Shown one piece after another: positions 30,530 to 41,170 of a stretch of 64,000 bases of DNA. Source of the DNA: an uncultured bacterium (GTDB lineage Bacteria > Fidelibacterota > Marinisomatia > Marinisomatales > JABMOV01); contig CAZZIU010000010.1 of NCBI GenBank assembly GCA_964654545.1, positions 14,037-78,036 on the forward strand. Reading direction: 5' to 3'. The translations under genes and the position numbers were made by a program. Numbering within the stretch: the stretch's first letter is position 1; each line of letters begins with the position of its first letter. The notes under the pieces were generated by a model, which saw only the letters and a program-made list of their open reading frames with translations, was not told the origin of the DNA and searched no databases.

Positions 30530-31603
30530 ATGAATACGGTTTTTCGTCTGCTCTTAAGCGCCTTGCTAGTCTTTTCAGCGTGTAGCAAAAATTCGAAAGA
30601 TATTAAGCAAACCGCGACCACGAACCAAGGATCAGCTGTGGAGATAAATTCGGCAATGCTAGCAGTTTTTGCGGCTGTACCACAGGAATACACATCTGAA
30701 AATAATCCTCTTACGCAGGAAAAAAGTGATCTAGGTAGGATGTTGTATTATGACAATCGTCTTTCCAAGAATCACGATATCTCCTGTAACACATGTCACA
30801 ATCTGGCAACCTACGGTGTTGATAATAAACCAACATCACCGGGACACGATGGACAAATGGGTGTTCGTAATTCCCCAACGGTCTACAATGCAGCGGGACA
30901 TTTTGTGCAATTTTGGGATGGCCGTGAACCAGATGTAGAAGCACAGGCAAAAGGACCCATTTTGAATCCAATTGAGATGCGCATGCCAGATGCGGACTAT
31001 GTGGTAACCGTTCTAAAATCGATTCCAGGGTATGATTCTTATTTCAAAGCAGCCTTTCCAGGTGATCCCAATCCGATTAACTATGACAATGTTGGATGGG
31101 CGATCGGTGCCTTTGAAAGAAAACTGGTCACAGAATCACGCTGGGATCAATTTCTGAAGGGAAACAATCAGGCATTATCGAATGAGGAAAAAGAAGGATT
31201 CAACAATTATGTGAAAGCTGGATGTACAGCCTGTCATTCCGGTCAATTGCTAGGCGGAACCATGTTCCAGAAGCTTGGCATTATAAAACCATGGCCGGGA
31301 GTTACAGATAAGGGACGAGCAGATATCACCAATATAGAAACGGACAAGTATATTTTTAAAGTTCCCAGCCTAAGAGATGTTGCAAAAACATATCCCTATC
31401 TCCATGATGGATCGTTAAGTGATCTAAATCAGGTTGTAAAAATGATGGCAGAATATCAAATGGGTCAAAGGTTGTCTGATAATGATGTGGAATCAATTGT
31501 AACATTTCTAAATGTGTTAACCGGAGAGCTTCCCACTGAATATATTGCAGAGCCCAATCTACCACCCAGCGGACCAACGACACCAGCACCTGATCCAAGC
31601 TAG
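30530..31603 (+). CDS. Di-heme cytochrome c peroxidase (CcpA/MauG family), lipoprotein
   Basis: LVFSAC lipobox-like, CNTCH, CTACH, QFWDGR, FKVPSLR. Confidence 0.92.
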   Translation: MNTVFRLLLSALLVFSACSKNSKDIKQTATTNQGSAVEINSAMLAVFAAVPQEYTSENNPLTQEKSDLGRMLYYDNRLSKNHDISCNTCHNLATYGVDNKPTSPGHDGQMGVRNSPTVYNAAGHFVQFWDGREPDVEAQAKGPILNPIEMRMPDADYVVTVLKSIPGYDSYFKAAFPGDPNPINYDNVGWAIGAFERKLVTESRWDQFLKGNNQALSNEEKEGFNNYVKAGCTACHSGQLLGGTMFQKLGIIKPWPGVTDKGRADITNIETDKYIFKVPSLRDVAKTYPYLHDGSLSDLNQVVKMMAEYQMGQRLSDNDVESIVTFLNVLTGELPTEYIAEPNLPPSGPTTPAPDPS

Positions 31604-31625
31604 AATATTCGAATAGAAGATTAGT

Positions 31626-31661
31626 AAACAAGTGGCGTGAAATTTAACGCGCCACTTGTTT
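31626..31661. terminator. Bidirectional intrinsic terminator
   Basis: AAACAAGTGGCG / CGCCACTTGTTT 12-bp stem between convergent genes. Confidence 0.8.
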
Positions 31662-33427
31662 TATCCTGTGGATAAAAGAAGACCAAAGTATGATTTTTCT
31701 ACCTGTTGAAATGTTGGATCCCAAGTGTACCGAATTCTAAAACCAATTTCACCGCCAAGTGGGAATTTTATCCGGTATCCAAGTGCTGTGGAGATACCTG
31801 AAGTCGAAACCATCAGCGACCGCATTTCTCCCGGAAGATTGATATCCCAAAAGTAAAGACGTGATGCAAAAGACTGCACCTTAGAATGAATTAGTGAAAT
31901 TTTTAATGTTTGTTTTTGCCGAATCTCGCCACTCCATGAAATTTCTCCTCCTCGACCATGAGAATAGTCATCGGTTTCTCTAGCGTGGGTTTCCATTATA
32001 TTAATTTTTAGGATCTGATGCGTAGACGGTTGGAAATAAAACGCACATGCAACAGCGCTTTTTGTAGCAGGAGATGTCATAATCTGTTCACCATAATTAA
32101 TATCAGGGTAGAATTTATTTTCTGATTTCCACTGACTTCGAACCCACCATTTTTCTTTTTTATATAGCCAGCGCAAACCAAGATCTCTGCCGCTTACGGA
32201 ATATAGTTGTTGTCTTGGAGTGTTCAATTCCCGAAAAATATCTATAAACCCATATACCTTATTATTTCTAAACGTGACAAGAATACCCTGGAAAATTCCG
32301 AATTCATTTCGGTTGATTGATTTCCATTCGGAAAAGGGATTTTGTCGGCTACCAGGAAAAGGTTTGTTAAGTGAGCGCCCCACAATAACCATCCGAACAA
32401 GCTTGGATTTAAATGAGATGCCCCCTAGCAGATTGCCATCCAAAAGGGGATTTAGCTCCCCAAAAAATGTTACGCCACGAAAAGTATGACTACCAAACAG
32501 GGACATCCTTTTAAAATGTTCCGAAGACGAAGAATTGGAATATTGGGATGAAACAAACACGGCCCCGACCCTTCCAGAGGTGTAGGAAACCAATGACTGC
32601 ACAAACATCAAATTTTCGTGAGAAGAGCCTTCTTGCCAACGTGTCTGACGCACAGAGTAACCGTCTTCATCAAAGTATCCGTTTACAGTCCGATAAGAGT
32701 AGCCTATACATATCGTTATCGGATCAAGGGATCGTTGTATCGCTGCTCCGCGAAGCGACCAGGAATTTGTAGTCGATCGAAATGGGATTATTCGAAATTG
32801 TGAAGTGTTCCCGGATAAAACAGTTTCGAATCCTTTGCCAGAAGCAACGCTACGCCAAAAGGTCAACCCATACCCTGTTAGCACCTGATAGTCACCCAAA
32901 AACAAGGATTGTTTGGTATTGGATTTCACCCAGAAAATAGACGGAATCTTGTAACCTGATAGCGAGTTTGGATCACGATAGAAAGTAGCACCATAGGCAA
33001 GATCAGCTGCTTGCCAACTATAGTTTCCACTATACGCATACTTAACACTTTGTATAGCCTTAAAGCTAAATCGAGAAGGGGATTCGGCTGCGTTTTGCAA
33101 ATAGTATTGAGCCAAATACTGTAACAGCACAGGAGATGCTGGATTCAGATATGAATCAATGGTATTAAATGAAATAGTATGCATTAAATAATCCCGGGAT
33201 TCTTCATCACAAAAGGAAAGCGTAGTCACTATCTGACGAAATTGATCAACCGCTTTATTCGGTAAAAAGATAAGCTGATTAATCAACTGGATGTCTTCAT
33301 CAGGTATTCCACTTTCCGAATCAACGCCCAGATCCGTTAAAAAATCTGTATCCACCTGGGGATAACTAAAAGTGTAAATCCCGATTAAAAGAAATAGTAA
33401 TCGTTGGAGATACGCTCGATAAATCAT
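31661..33427 (-). CDS. Hypothetical outer-membrane barrel, resembling the barrel part of FCB ComEA/helix-hairpin-helix OM proteins
   Basis: Signal peptide, LGDYQVLTGYGLTFW and LRGAA motifs, amphipathic strands; no clear HhH seen. Confidence 0.45.
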   Translation of the reverse strand: MIYRAYLQRLLFLLIGIYTFSYPQVDTDFLTDLGVDSESGIPDEDIQLINQLIFLPNKAVDQFRQIVTTLSFCDEESRDYLMHTISFNTIDSYLNPASPVLLQYLAQYYLQNAAESPSRFSFKAIQSVKYAYSGNYSWQAADLAYGATFYRDPNSLSGYKIPSIFWVKSNTKQSLFLGDYQVLTGYGLTFWRSVASGKGFETVLSGNTSQFRIIPFRSTTNSWSLRGAAIQRSLDPITICIGYSYRTVNGYFDEDGYSVRQTRWQEGSSHENLMFVQSLVSYTSGRVGAVFVSSQYSNSSSSEHFKRMSLFGSHTFRGVTFFGELNPLLDGNLLGGISFKSKLVRMVIVGRSLNKPFPGSRQNPFSEWKSINRNEFGIFQGILVTFRNNKVYGFIDIFRELNTPRQQLYSVSGRDLGLRWLYKKEKWWVRSQWKSENKFYPDINYGEQIMTSPATKSAVACAFYFQPSTHQILKINIMETHARETDDYSHGRGGEISWSGEIRQKQTLKISLIHSKVQSFASRLYFWDINLPGEMRSLMVSTSGISTALGYRIKFPLGGEIGFRIRYTWDPTFQQVEKSYFGLLLSTG

Positions 33428-34169
33428 GATGGTAGTTCATTGAATAGGAGACAGTTATTTTTGAGATATCTAATGATATACCGATTTCCATTTGAGCTGG
33501 AGATGGTATAACGCCGGCATATAGAGCCAACCAGTTAAACGGATGAATGAAAGTTTTAAACGCAAATATTCTCTTTGACTCATAACCGGAAAGGTCGTGG
33601 ATCATTACGGCTGAACAGGAAATGATGTCAGCAGGTTGGTATCCAATCATTGCAACCAAATACTGGGGTAAAAATTCTTGGCCTGTACCAATTTTCGAAC
33701 GGTTGATATTCTGACTCTCCAGCGACCACCAAAGAAAACTGGAAGATTGAACCAAAAGTTTGAGGGACACTCCATAACTCTGGGTGTGGCCATAATTTGA
33801 TATGGCAATTTGGTAGAAATTAAATTGTGTAGCGAGATACATTCTTTTCCCAAAGGGCACATAACCAGAAAGCGCATAAACAGAAGTTTGGAATAACTTA
33901 TTTCCCAATTGCATATAAGAAAAATCGAAGCGCTTTTGTTTAATCGGTAAAACCGCGACAAGGGATGAATATGTTAACCCTGGAATTTGATATAGATTTG
34001 TATGAACAAGCCGTATAGAGGTCGGGTGCGAAGAGTAAAGGAATGGACTTTTTACGTAATTACGTCCGTATAAATATGAATAAATGGTCTCCAGTTCAAA
34101 GGCACCATAACAAAATTGGAAAAAAATTGCACCTGATAGAACAATAGGATATATAACTCTATTCGACAT
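33366..34169 (-). CDS. Hypothetical outer-membrane beta-barrel protein
   Basis: Signal peptide, aromatic amphipathic strands, terminal Phe. Confidence 0.5.
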   Translation of the reverse strand: MSNRVIYPIVLSGAIFFQFCYGAFELETIYSYLYGRNYVKSPFLYSSHPTSIRLVHTNLYQIPGLTYSSLVAVLPIKQKRFDFSYMQLGNKLFQTSVYALSGYVPFGKRMYLATQFNFYQIAISNYGHTQSYGVSLKLLVQSSSFLWWSLESQNINRSKIGTGQEFLPQYLVAMIGYQPADIISCSAVMIHDLSGYESKRIFAFKTFIHPFNWLALYAGVIPSPAQMEIGISLDISKITVSYSMNYHHDLSSVSPTITISFNRDLHF

Positions 34170-34240
34170 TCAACAATATAATTCAATTTAATTCGTTAGA
34201 ATTATAATTCAGTTTGAGAAGTAAAACAACTAGAAAATAA

Positions 34241-34265
34241 AAACGCCCCGAAGTACGGGGCGTTT
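34241..34265 (-). terminator. Intrinsic terminator after the small-protein pair
   Basis: AAACGCCCCG / CGGGGCGTTT perfect stem, followed on the minus strand by TTATTTT. Confidence 0.85.
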
Positions 34266-34286
34266 GGATGTATTAATAATTGACTT

Positions 34287-34502
34287 TTATCGTTTTTGAT
34301 ACCACATAGCAATAATCATCAATGCTAGAATTCCGGCAAGACCGCCTTCGCCAAATTGAGTCATTACACGGTTAATACCGGCAATAACACCAAAATAATC
34401 ATCAAACAGAATTCCAACAACAACCCCAACAACTATAAGGAGTTTGAAAAGTTCAACTATTTCACCTAACCATTTGTTAATCGTTGCCATTGCTTCCTTC
34501 AT
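34287..34502 (-). CDS. Small hydrophobic protein B (71 aa), paralog of 34532-34741
   Basis: GGAG RBS 7 nt before ATG 34502; aligns to its neighbour without gaps. Confidence 0.8.
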   Translation of the reverse strand: MKEAMATINKWLGEIVELFKLLIVVGVVVGILFDDYFGVIAGINRVMTQFGEGGLAGILALMIIAMWYQKR

Positions 34503-34531
34503 TTTAATCTCCAATCAATTAATGATGGGGA

Positions 34532-34741
34532 CTAACCCAGAAAAGAAACAAAGACCAACAATGCCAACAAACCGGCAAAACCACCGCTGAGGAAGGAGTT
34601 GATTAAATCAACTATTCCACTGATTGGATCAAAGCCAGTGACGAACAGAATATTGGCAAATACAAATAGCACAATGAGTCCTTTAAGCAGGCTTACAATA
34701 CTGCCAACTACACTCTGTATGGTTGCACTTACATCTGTCAT
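34532..34741 (-). CDS. Small hydrophobic protein A (69 aa)
   Basis: Strong AGGAGGT RBS; two hydrophobic/amphipathic helices with a GGxAGxLAL motif. Confidence 0.85.
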   Translation of the reverse strand: MTDVSATIQSVVGSIVSLLKGLIVLFVFANILFVTGFDPISGIVDLINSFLSGGFAGLLALLVFVSFLG

Positions 34742-34767
34742 AATTACCTCCTAGACTTAAACAAAAA

Positions 34768-34797
34768 TAAACGGGGGACACAATTGTCCCCCGTTTA
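34768..34797 (-). terminator. Perfect 13-bp hairpin plus U-tract directly upstream of the small-protein genes
   Basis: TAAACGGGGGACA-4 nt-TGTCCCCCGTTTA; followed by TTTTTGTTT on the minus strand. Confidence 0.75.
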
Positions 34798-34884
34798 ATG
34801 TTTTAGCATGTGTTTGTTTTGTGATTCAAGTCACGTTGAATTTAGTGAAAAAATAAAATATCTCAACAATTATTACTGATAATA

Positions 34885-36003
34885 TTATTTAATGGATTTA
34901 GAGGGTAAAATAGCTTCAATTTTGCCAATTACGGATACAGGGGTTATAGAATTAATACATTTATCACATAGGCGCCAGTCTTTGCGCTTATGATTACAGG
35001 TCACACGGGGAGCGATAAAATGCCCATGTGTTCCAATGGGTTTCGTGAGCGTTGGGTTTTGTGCTCCAAAAATAGCAAGTGCCGGAACTCCGAGAGCTGT
35101 AGCTAAATGAACTGCCATGGAGTCCAATCCAATAAGTAATTGTTTGGGTGACAACCACGTGGCGAACTCCAAAAGTGAACCACTAAAATATTCTATATCA
35201 TTGTATAGTGATTTAACATTATCAGTAAGGTTCTTTGTTTCGGGTAACTCTACAAGGGCAAGAGAATAACGATTGTGAATTTGGGCAATTAACTCTAACC
35301 AATGTTGTTGAGACCAGTATCGCAGTGGGTGAGAGGCACCAGGGTGAAGAACAATCTGATATTTATCAATTTTGCCTGTGGGGGGTCTGAGGGCTGGTAA
35401 TTGAAGCAACGGGGTAGCATCAGCAGGTGGAAGCCCAAAATTTTGTAATAAATTAATTGCTCGTTCTGCCTGATGCATTTCAAAGGGAAAAGAATACACA
35501 TGGGTTAAAAAATATTCACCACCCGTAGCTAAAAAGCCCAATCGATTGGTTGGTTTTATATACCGCAATACGGCTATATCACGAAAATCACCTTTAAATG
35601 AGATTCCTAAATCAAATGAAGATCTCCTTAAATAGCGAATGTTTTGGTAAAATTTTTTCCAGAGCGATATTGAACCGTGTTTATGAACCCAAGGAATGTC
35701 CACAGGTAGTATAGTATCGGCAAGTTGGGCAACATCGGCGAGGGCTGATACCGTCAGGTTAACGACCAGTGTTACTCTGGCGCGCGGGAAAGAGCTTCGA
35801 AGAGTTCTAAGTGCAGAAGTAATTAAAATCACATCACCAATACAGTGATATTCCAGAACAACAATATTTGATATTGAGCTATAATCAACGGGAAGATTTT
35901 TTTCAGTCTTTTTTCCCAGCTGCCAGAAAAAACCAACCAGGGCACTGAACAATCGAGAAATAATCACATTACGCGGTTTATAGACTTCTTGCCGAACAAT
36001 CAT
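34885..36003 (-). CDS. Glycosyltransferase family 9 (heptosyltransferase-like)
   Basis: HCIGDVIL, LHPGAS...RYW, GLDSMAVHLATALGVPALAIFG. Confidence 0.85.
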   Translation of the reverse strand: MIVRQEVYKPRNVIISRLFSALVGFFWQLGKKTEKNLPVDYSSISNIVVLEYHCIGDVILITSALRTLRSSFPRARVTLVVNLTVSALADVAQLADTILPVDIPWVHKHGSISLWKKFYQNIRYLRRSSFDLGISFKGDFRDIAVLRYIKPTNRLGFLATGGEYFLTHVYSFPFEMHQAERAINLLQNFGLPPADATPLLQLPALRPPTGKIDKYQIVLHPGASHPLRYWSQQHWLELIAQIHNRYSLALVELPETKNLTDNVKSLYNDIEYFSGSLLEFATWLSPKQLLIGLDSMAVHLATALGVPALAIFGAQNPTLTKPIGTHGHFIAPRVTCNHKRKDWRLCDKCINSITPVSVIGKIEAILPSKSIK

Positions 36004-37098
36004 TTATATGATTAACCCAATTCCCTCATAATAATCATATAGTCTTTTTGCTACGAAACGCACATCATGTTTTTCTTCTACCCACTGTTTCCCCTTTTTT
36101 CCAGCTGCAAGAATTTGATCGTGATTTGATACGAGTTCTTCCAATAACGATCTGAGGGTTTTTTCATTTGCGTTAACAAATGGATGATCTCCAAGTAAAC
36201 TCAACATTGCAGTCTGAATAGTGTTAACGGTACAAATCCCCATGGAAAGCGATTCGACAGAATTCATACCATATCCCCAACCACCACGGTCTCCAATCTG
36301 ATCGATAAATATGTCTGCCTTTTGCTTCCGTTTTAGGGCATCTGTGTGGGGTACATTTTCGATCAAATCAAACGCTATTTTCCCCTTTGATTCCAACTGG
36401 GTACAAACGTCGATTATTGCCTGAGTATTTTTATAGTACCGATTTGTGGGAGCATGTGCAACCCTAATTGGATTGTTCAATGTTTCTTTTTGCTGAAATT
36501 GAGTTGTATTGAAGGGTAAAAACAAATAGTGAATATTGGGATGCTTATTCAATAAATCGGGTTCATTCGTGAGGTTAAGAGAGCTAATTTGGTTAAGTTT
36601 TGGCATAACACCGCGAGTGCGCAAATCTTCACCATGATAGTGACAAATAATTTTAGCGCCACGGTTATGGGCTTCAACTGCAAACCGCTCGTCTTTGAAA
36701 AAATCCATTCCTGACTCAAAATGAATGACATCGAAATCGTACAAATTATACAATGTGATAGCGTTTTCAATTTTGGATTGCCCCAACCACTCCTTAAATC
36801 CGGAAAATGTAGAATAGAGTATTCCTTCCGGTTCCCAGACTGGTGGATATCCGGGTTTTTCCGCTTGGTATCCTAATTTGCCTCTATAAAACCTAAAAAC
36901 CTGATGGCGCAGTTTTGCTAATTTTGGTCTGGTAAAGTTGAAGGGAAGGTTAAGACAAATATCTTCCTCATAGTTCTTTGGTGATCGGAAAAATGTTACG
37001 GTACGACAATAATGTCCATTCTTTTCATGGGCTTTTTTCCAAAGCGTTAATGTGCCTACAGTGTTTTCTGGAGATATGTAGAGAATTTTCAACGCCAT
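36004..37098 (-). CDS. GT-B fold glycosyltransferase (family 4-like)
   Basis: HYHGEDLR, VAHAPTNRYYK, DIFIDQ...GYGMNSVESLSMG. Confidence 0.75.
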   Translation of the reverse strand: MALKILYISPENTVGTLTLWKKAHEKNGHYCRTVTFFRSPKNYEEDICLNLPFNFTRPKLAKLRHQVFRFYRGKLGYQAEKPGYPPVWEPEGILYSTFSGFKEWLGQSKIENAITLYNLYDFDVIHFESGMDFFKDERFAVEAHNRGAKIICHYHGEDLRTRGVMPKLNQISSLNLTNEPDLLNKHPNIHYLFLPFNTTQFQQKETLNNPIRVAHAPTNRYYKNTQAIIDVCTQLESKGKIAFDLIENVPHTDALKRKQKADIFIDQIGDRGGWGYGMNSVESLSMGICTVNTIQTAMLSLLGDHPFVNANEKTLRSLLEELVSNHDQILAAGKKGKQWVEEKHDVRFVAKRLYDYYEGIGLII

Positions 37099-37100
37099 TT

Positions 37101-38315
37101 TTAAAGCGGATACTCCAGTTTTTCCCAGGGAATCATAACGGATGAAAATCCCAATTCATCGGGAGGATTTGTAACGGTTGGAATTTCTGTATCGTTCATA
37201 AATAAACGGTAATCTTTGTTTTCTTCTACGTAAAAAGTAAGTCCCTGAAGATCTTTTGGGGATAGTGATTTTGATACAAACGGCAAATCAATTTTCTGCC
37301 CAATTGAAAGGATGATGGTAGAATCATTTTCAATAACGTCAAAAGATACATAGTCTGAGATTTCTTTATACTTTAACAAGCGAGATGTTGTTGCCATCAG
37401 TATTTTTTTCTCGTTAACCAATTCACGAAGATAATGCAAGTATGTTTCCAGCTTATTTGTTAAAGTCGAACAATTTTCATTTATATGGGTGTATAGAATC
37501 ATATAACCCTGGTTAGCGATTAATTTGTTCAGGATTGATGGGGTTAACTGTCTTTCCAATTCATTGAAATCAAGATTGTCTGTTCCGCCAAATGAATTTA
37601 TCCATCGTTGGAATTCCCATGCCGCATTGCCATCTCTGAAAGTAATTGGGGAAATGAGGTGATTATGATTATCAAAAATCGGCATAGAAGTATGCTGATA
37701 TTTTGTCCGTTTTAAAAGCCCCTGTAGAAACGACTTTCCCAGTATGGAAAGGGTTCGCCTTGCATCCTGCCCGATAATATGTGTTGATTTTCCAATCCAA
37801 AAATATTCACACCCCAAATTTTTTGTAATATCTATATGACAGGAGTCATGAGAAGGTAAATCGCCAAACATTTCAGGATAACCACCGACTTTTTGTGTGT
37901 TTAAGCCGATACCATGATTTGTCCAAACGGGTAATGAGATTGAGTGCTTTGCTAGTTCCTCACTTGCAAGTTCGGCATGTTTTCGCGAAAAACCACCACG
38001 ATCAAAATTGCCATACGAATGCAAAGAATCAATGTGGCCCGATTTCCAATGCTCTCGTATAATTGGTGCAAATGAAGATTGTTGGTGTCCACCAGGCTTA
38101 AAATATGATAATTGCTCGGTTCCCGATTCATTATAAAACCAAAAACTGTTTCCCAATTCTAAGTTTAAACCATTTCCATACACAGTAGATTTATGGGTAT
38201 TGAAAAAAGTCATCAATTCAATAAAACTGCTTTCAGAATCGGCGTTATCAATATCACTGGATATGGCAAGTGCGCACTGATAAGGGAAAGGGAACTTTCT
38301 TACTGTGACTTTCAC
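37101..38315 (-). CDS. Polysaccharide deacetylase-like (NodB-fold) protein
   Basis: GTG start; [25 protein letters not shown]; lies in the polysaccharide cluster. Confidence 0.55.
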   Translation of the reverse strand: MKVTVRKFPFPYQCALAISSDIDNADSESSFIELMTFFNTHKSTVYGNGLNLELGNSFWFYNESGTEQLSYFKPGGHQQSSFAPIIREHWKSGHIDSLHSYGNFDRGGFSRKHAELASEELAKHSISLPVWTNHGIGLNTQKVGGYPEMFGDLPSHDSCHIDITKNLGCEYFWIGKSTHIIGQDARRTLSILGKSFLQGLLKRTKYQHTSMPIFDNHNHLISPITFRDGNAAWEFQRWINSFGGTDNLDFNELERQLTPSILNKLIANQGYMILYTHINENCSTLTNKLETYLHYLRELVNEKKILMATTSRLLKYKEISDYVSFDVIENDSTIILSIGQKIDLPFVSKSLSPKDLQGLTFYVEENKDYRLFMNDTEIPTVTNPPDELGFSSVMIPWEKLEYPL

Positions 38316-38827
38316 TTTCTTTTTATAACAACAGCAGGATTCCCGACCGCGATACTGTTTTTTGGAATATCCTTTGTTACCACACTTCCAGCGCCCACCG
38401 AGCTATTTTCCCCAATGGTGACACCTGGAAGAATACAAGAATGGGCTCCGATTCTGACATTATTCTGTATTTCTATATTACCATTATGGCCTGAATGAGA
38501 TTTATCTGCATCAGAGATTGATGCGGAAAAAGACTCGGTAGTCATAAATACAAAGGGACCAATTAGCGTGCCGTCCTTAAGCTGTATATTGGAATTCTTT
38601 CCTGTGTATATATGCGTACCAAATCCGACGGAGCAATCGTTCCCAATGGCAATATTATTCGGATATTTTCCAAAACGAACAGTAGGGTGAATGTTGCAAT
38701 GTTTTCCTATAATACTTAGTTGTGTTATGGACCAAACATTGCCACTTAAAAAAGATCGAAAAAGTATTAGAATCTGCTTCCAGAAAAGCAGTCTAAAAAC
38801 AACTAATATCTTATTAAACTTATTCAT
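38312..38827 (-). CDS. Hexapeptide-repeat O-acyltransferase
   Basis: [30 protein letters not shown]...GNPA. Confidence 0.9.
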   Translation of the reverse strand: MNKFNKILVVFRLLFWKQILILFRSFLSGNVWSITQLSIIGKHCNIHPTVRFGKYPNNIAIGNDCSVGFGTHIYTGKNSNIQLKDGTLIGPFVFMTTESFSASISDADKSHSGHNGNIEIQNNVRIGAHSCILPGVTIGENSSVGAGSVVTKDIPKNSIAVGNPAVVIKRK

Positions 38828-39728
38828 ATTGTTTAAACCAATGTGTTAAATCTTTCTCTATTAATCCCGATAATAATTCAATATCATTGCGAAAATAGTT
38901 AGCAAGTTCATTTTGAAATTCAAGGGACAAAGAAGCAGGTTTTGAGTCAGATGAAATTATCTTTCGGGTCATATTTGCAATTCCAAAACTGCTTTTGATT
39001 CCAATTTTTCTCTTTAGAAGGGCGAAATAATGAAGGATCGGTAATACTTTTGGAAAAGTTGATCGTCTGGTTTTATTATGGATTTTCATTTCAAAATCTT
39101 GCGATAAATCCAGATTTAGAAATTGTAAAACCTTTTCAAACTCATGCCGAGTGTTGCTAATAAATTGATCGAAGACAATAAAATGCACTTGGTTGCGTTT
39201 AATAATACCCAATAGTCGTGATACTTGTTCGCCCAATTTGCCAATTGAATGATAGAAAAGCAGTTTTGGGTCCGGACACGGTTTGGGTATTTTATTCCCC
39301 TTTTCCCGTTCAAAACCAAGCCGCCATGCTGCTTCAAAATCCGTTGTTGTTTCTCCGAATATATTTAATGCAACAAAATAGTAAGAATAGACGAACTCAA
39401 CGGGATTTCTAAGCATTATAATGAATTTACTGGTTGGATTAAATTTTAATATTTCGGGAATAGCTACGCTTGAAAACATATACAGGGTTGATGCTTCCCC
39501 TGCTATTTTGGCCTGTTTGCTATTGATCCTAAAGCAATGTAAATATTCATCGAAATCTTGGACTCTACCATTATGGATATCAGAACTAAAATAATGTGGT
39601 TCCTTGGGTACGGACATTACCACGTGAGGGTGTTGGGATAAATAGGTAGCAAGCGATGTTGTACCGCATTTGGGGGCACCAATAATAAAAAAAGAAGGGT
39701 GAATGGTTTGGCTATTTTCTATCATCAC
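38820..39728 (-). CDS. Sulfotransferase
   Basis: PAPS-binding [35 protein letters not shown]. Confidence 0.88.
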   Translation of the reverse strand: MMIENSQTIHPSFFIIGAPKCGTTSLATYLSQHPHVVMSVPKEPHYFSSDIHNGRVQDFDEYLHCFRINSKQAKIAGEASTLYMFSSVAIPEILKFNPTSKFIIMLRNPVEFVYSYYFVALNIFGETTTDFEAAWRLGFEREKGNKIPKPCPDPKLLFYHSIGKLGEQVSRLLGIIKRNQVHFIVFDQFISNTRHEFEKVLQFLNLDLSQDFEMKIHNKTRRSTFPKVLPILHYFALLKRKIGIKSSFGIANMTRKIISSDSKPASLSLEFQNELANYFRNDIELLSGLIEKDLTHWFKQYE

Positions 39729-41154
39729 GGTTTTGAAAAATTATTGATTGTGCTCTCAGATCCAACACACCGGTTTTCAACAAACCTAGAGGGAAGAGAA
39801 AAGAAAGGATGATTTTTATTAAATAAGAATTATTAAAGATTAGAGAAGTGATATACGAGGCAATCAAAAAAACACCTATCGTTCCAACTTTTCCCCATTC
39901 AATTTTCATCGGATACAGTTTACGATTAATAATGAACATTGAACCAGCCATAATCCCAAAGGAACTACAGGTCGCTATAGCTGCACCGATTGCCCCATAA
40001 AGTGGAATTAGTAGAAGATTTAATCCAATATTTGAAATGGCTCCAATAACTCTTGTCCAGAGCGCATACCTGGGCTTGTTCTTTAAAAATATTCCAGGTG
40101 TCATCAAAATGTAAACACCATAAAATAAGTAACCAAGGGCAATCCAGGGTATCACATCAATCGACGAAAGAAAATCTTTGCCAAAAAAGGAATAGCCGAA
40201 AATCTCTAATTCAAGCAGAGGTTTCGTCCACAATATCATTAATAGCCAAAGGAGTCCCAAGCTTGAAAGAACATATGTTGCTGCTCTACTAAATGTCCCA
40301 TCTAAATTTCCATCGGTACCTTTACTAAGAAAAAATGGTTGCCAGCCCATATTAAACCCTGTTACTGCAAGCATCATTAACATGGCTATTTTATAACCGG
40401 CATTGTAAATACCAACAGTACTTAGATCTGTTAAATATTTCAGCAAATAACGATCTGCCACCTCCATGATCATTGCAAAAAGCCCGGCTGGTAAAAATGG
40501 CAATGCAAAGGATAAAATGTGCTTCCATTTGGCGAGCGATAGGGATTTGAAGTCGAACCTGTTTATGGTGAGTGGAACACTCACAATCAACATGGTGACA
40601 GATGCAATTAAATTACTATAAACAACAGCAGAGATACCCAACCCCATTTTGAGTATGAATAATAAATTGAATCCCATCGTTACCAAAACATTTACCAGGC
40701 TCAAAGTGATAAAAGTAATCGGTCGGTTCTCTGAGCGGAACACCAACATAGGGATAGACCAAATTGTGTCTAAAACAGTAATGATACCTAGCATTATAAT
40801 CAATTCAGGGAGTGCAGCTCCCAATATGATTGGTGCAAGAAAATCTTTTAATCCGATGCTGAGTGCAATAAACGGAATCCCCGTAATCACTAGCGATACC
40901 ATAATATTTGAAAAAATAGCTTTGCGCTCTGAAAAATCAGCTGGCACATAAAACTTGAGTAGTGCCGCGCCCAACCCATAACGCATAATCACATTCATAA
41001 AAGAAAGGAAGGTATAGAATAATGCAATAATACCATATTCTTTAGGTGAAAAATGATTGGTATAAAGCGGTAATAATAAGAAGGTAACAAGACGTGTGAG
41101 AATGTGTCCTAACCCATAGACAAGCGATTGTTTACCCAATGCGCGAATGGACAT
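39712..41154 (-). CDS. Wzx-like oligosaccharide flippase
   Basis: FLLLPLYT..FSPKEYG, VGIYNAGYKIA, LIPLYGAIGAAIAT; about 12-14 TM. Confidence 0.9.
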   Translation of the reverse strand: MSIRALGKQSLVYGLGHILTRLVTFLLLPLYTNHFSPKEYGIIALFYTFLSFMNVIMRYGLGAALLKFYVPADFSERKAIFSNIMVSLVITGIPFIALSIGLKDFLAPIILGAALPELIIMLGIITVLDTIWSIPMLVFRSENRPITFITLSLVNVLVTMGFNLLFILKMGLGISAVVYSNLIASVTMLIVSVPLTINRFDFKSLSLAKWKHILSFALPFLPAGLFAMIMEVADRYLLKYLTDLSTVGIYNAGYKIAMLMMLAVTGFNMGWQPFFLSKGTDGNLDGTFSRAATYVLSSLGLLWLLMILWTKPLLELEIFGYSFFGKDFLSSIDVIPWIALGYLFYGVYILMTPGIFLKNKPRYALWTRVIGAISNIGLNLLLIPLYGAIGAAIATCSSFGIMAGSMFIINRKLYPMKIEWGKVGTIGVFLIASYITSLIFNNSYLIKIILSFLFPLGLLKTGVLDLRAQSIIFQNRDDRK

Positions 41155-41170
41155 TAAAACACCATATTTA

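Noticed and set aside
34287-34741. Gas vesicle GvpA, ATP synthase c subunit or type IV pilin
   Set aside because: No GvpA motif (LDRILDKG), no conserved acidic ion-binding residue or RQP loop, no prepilin G/FxxxE cleavage site.
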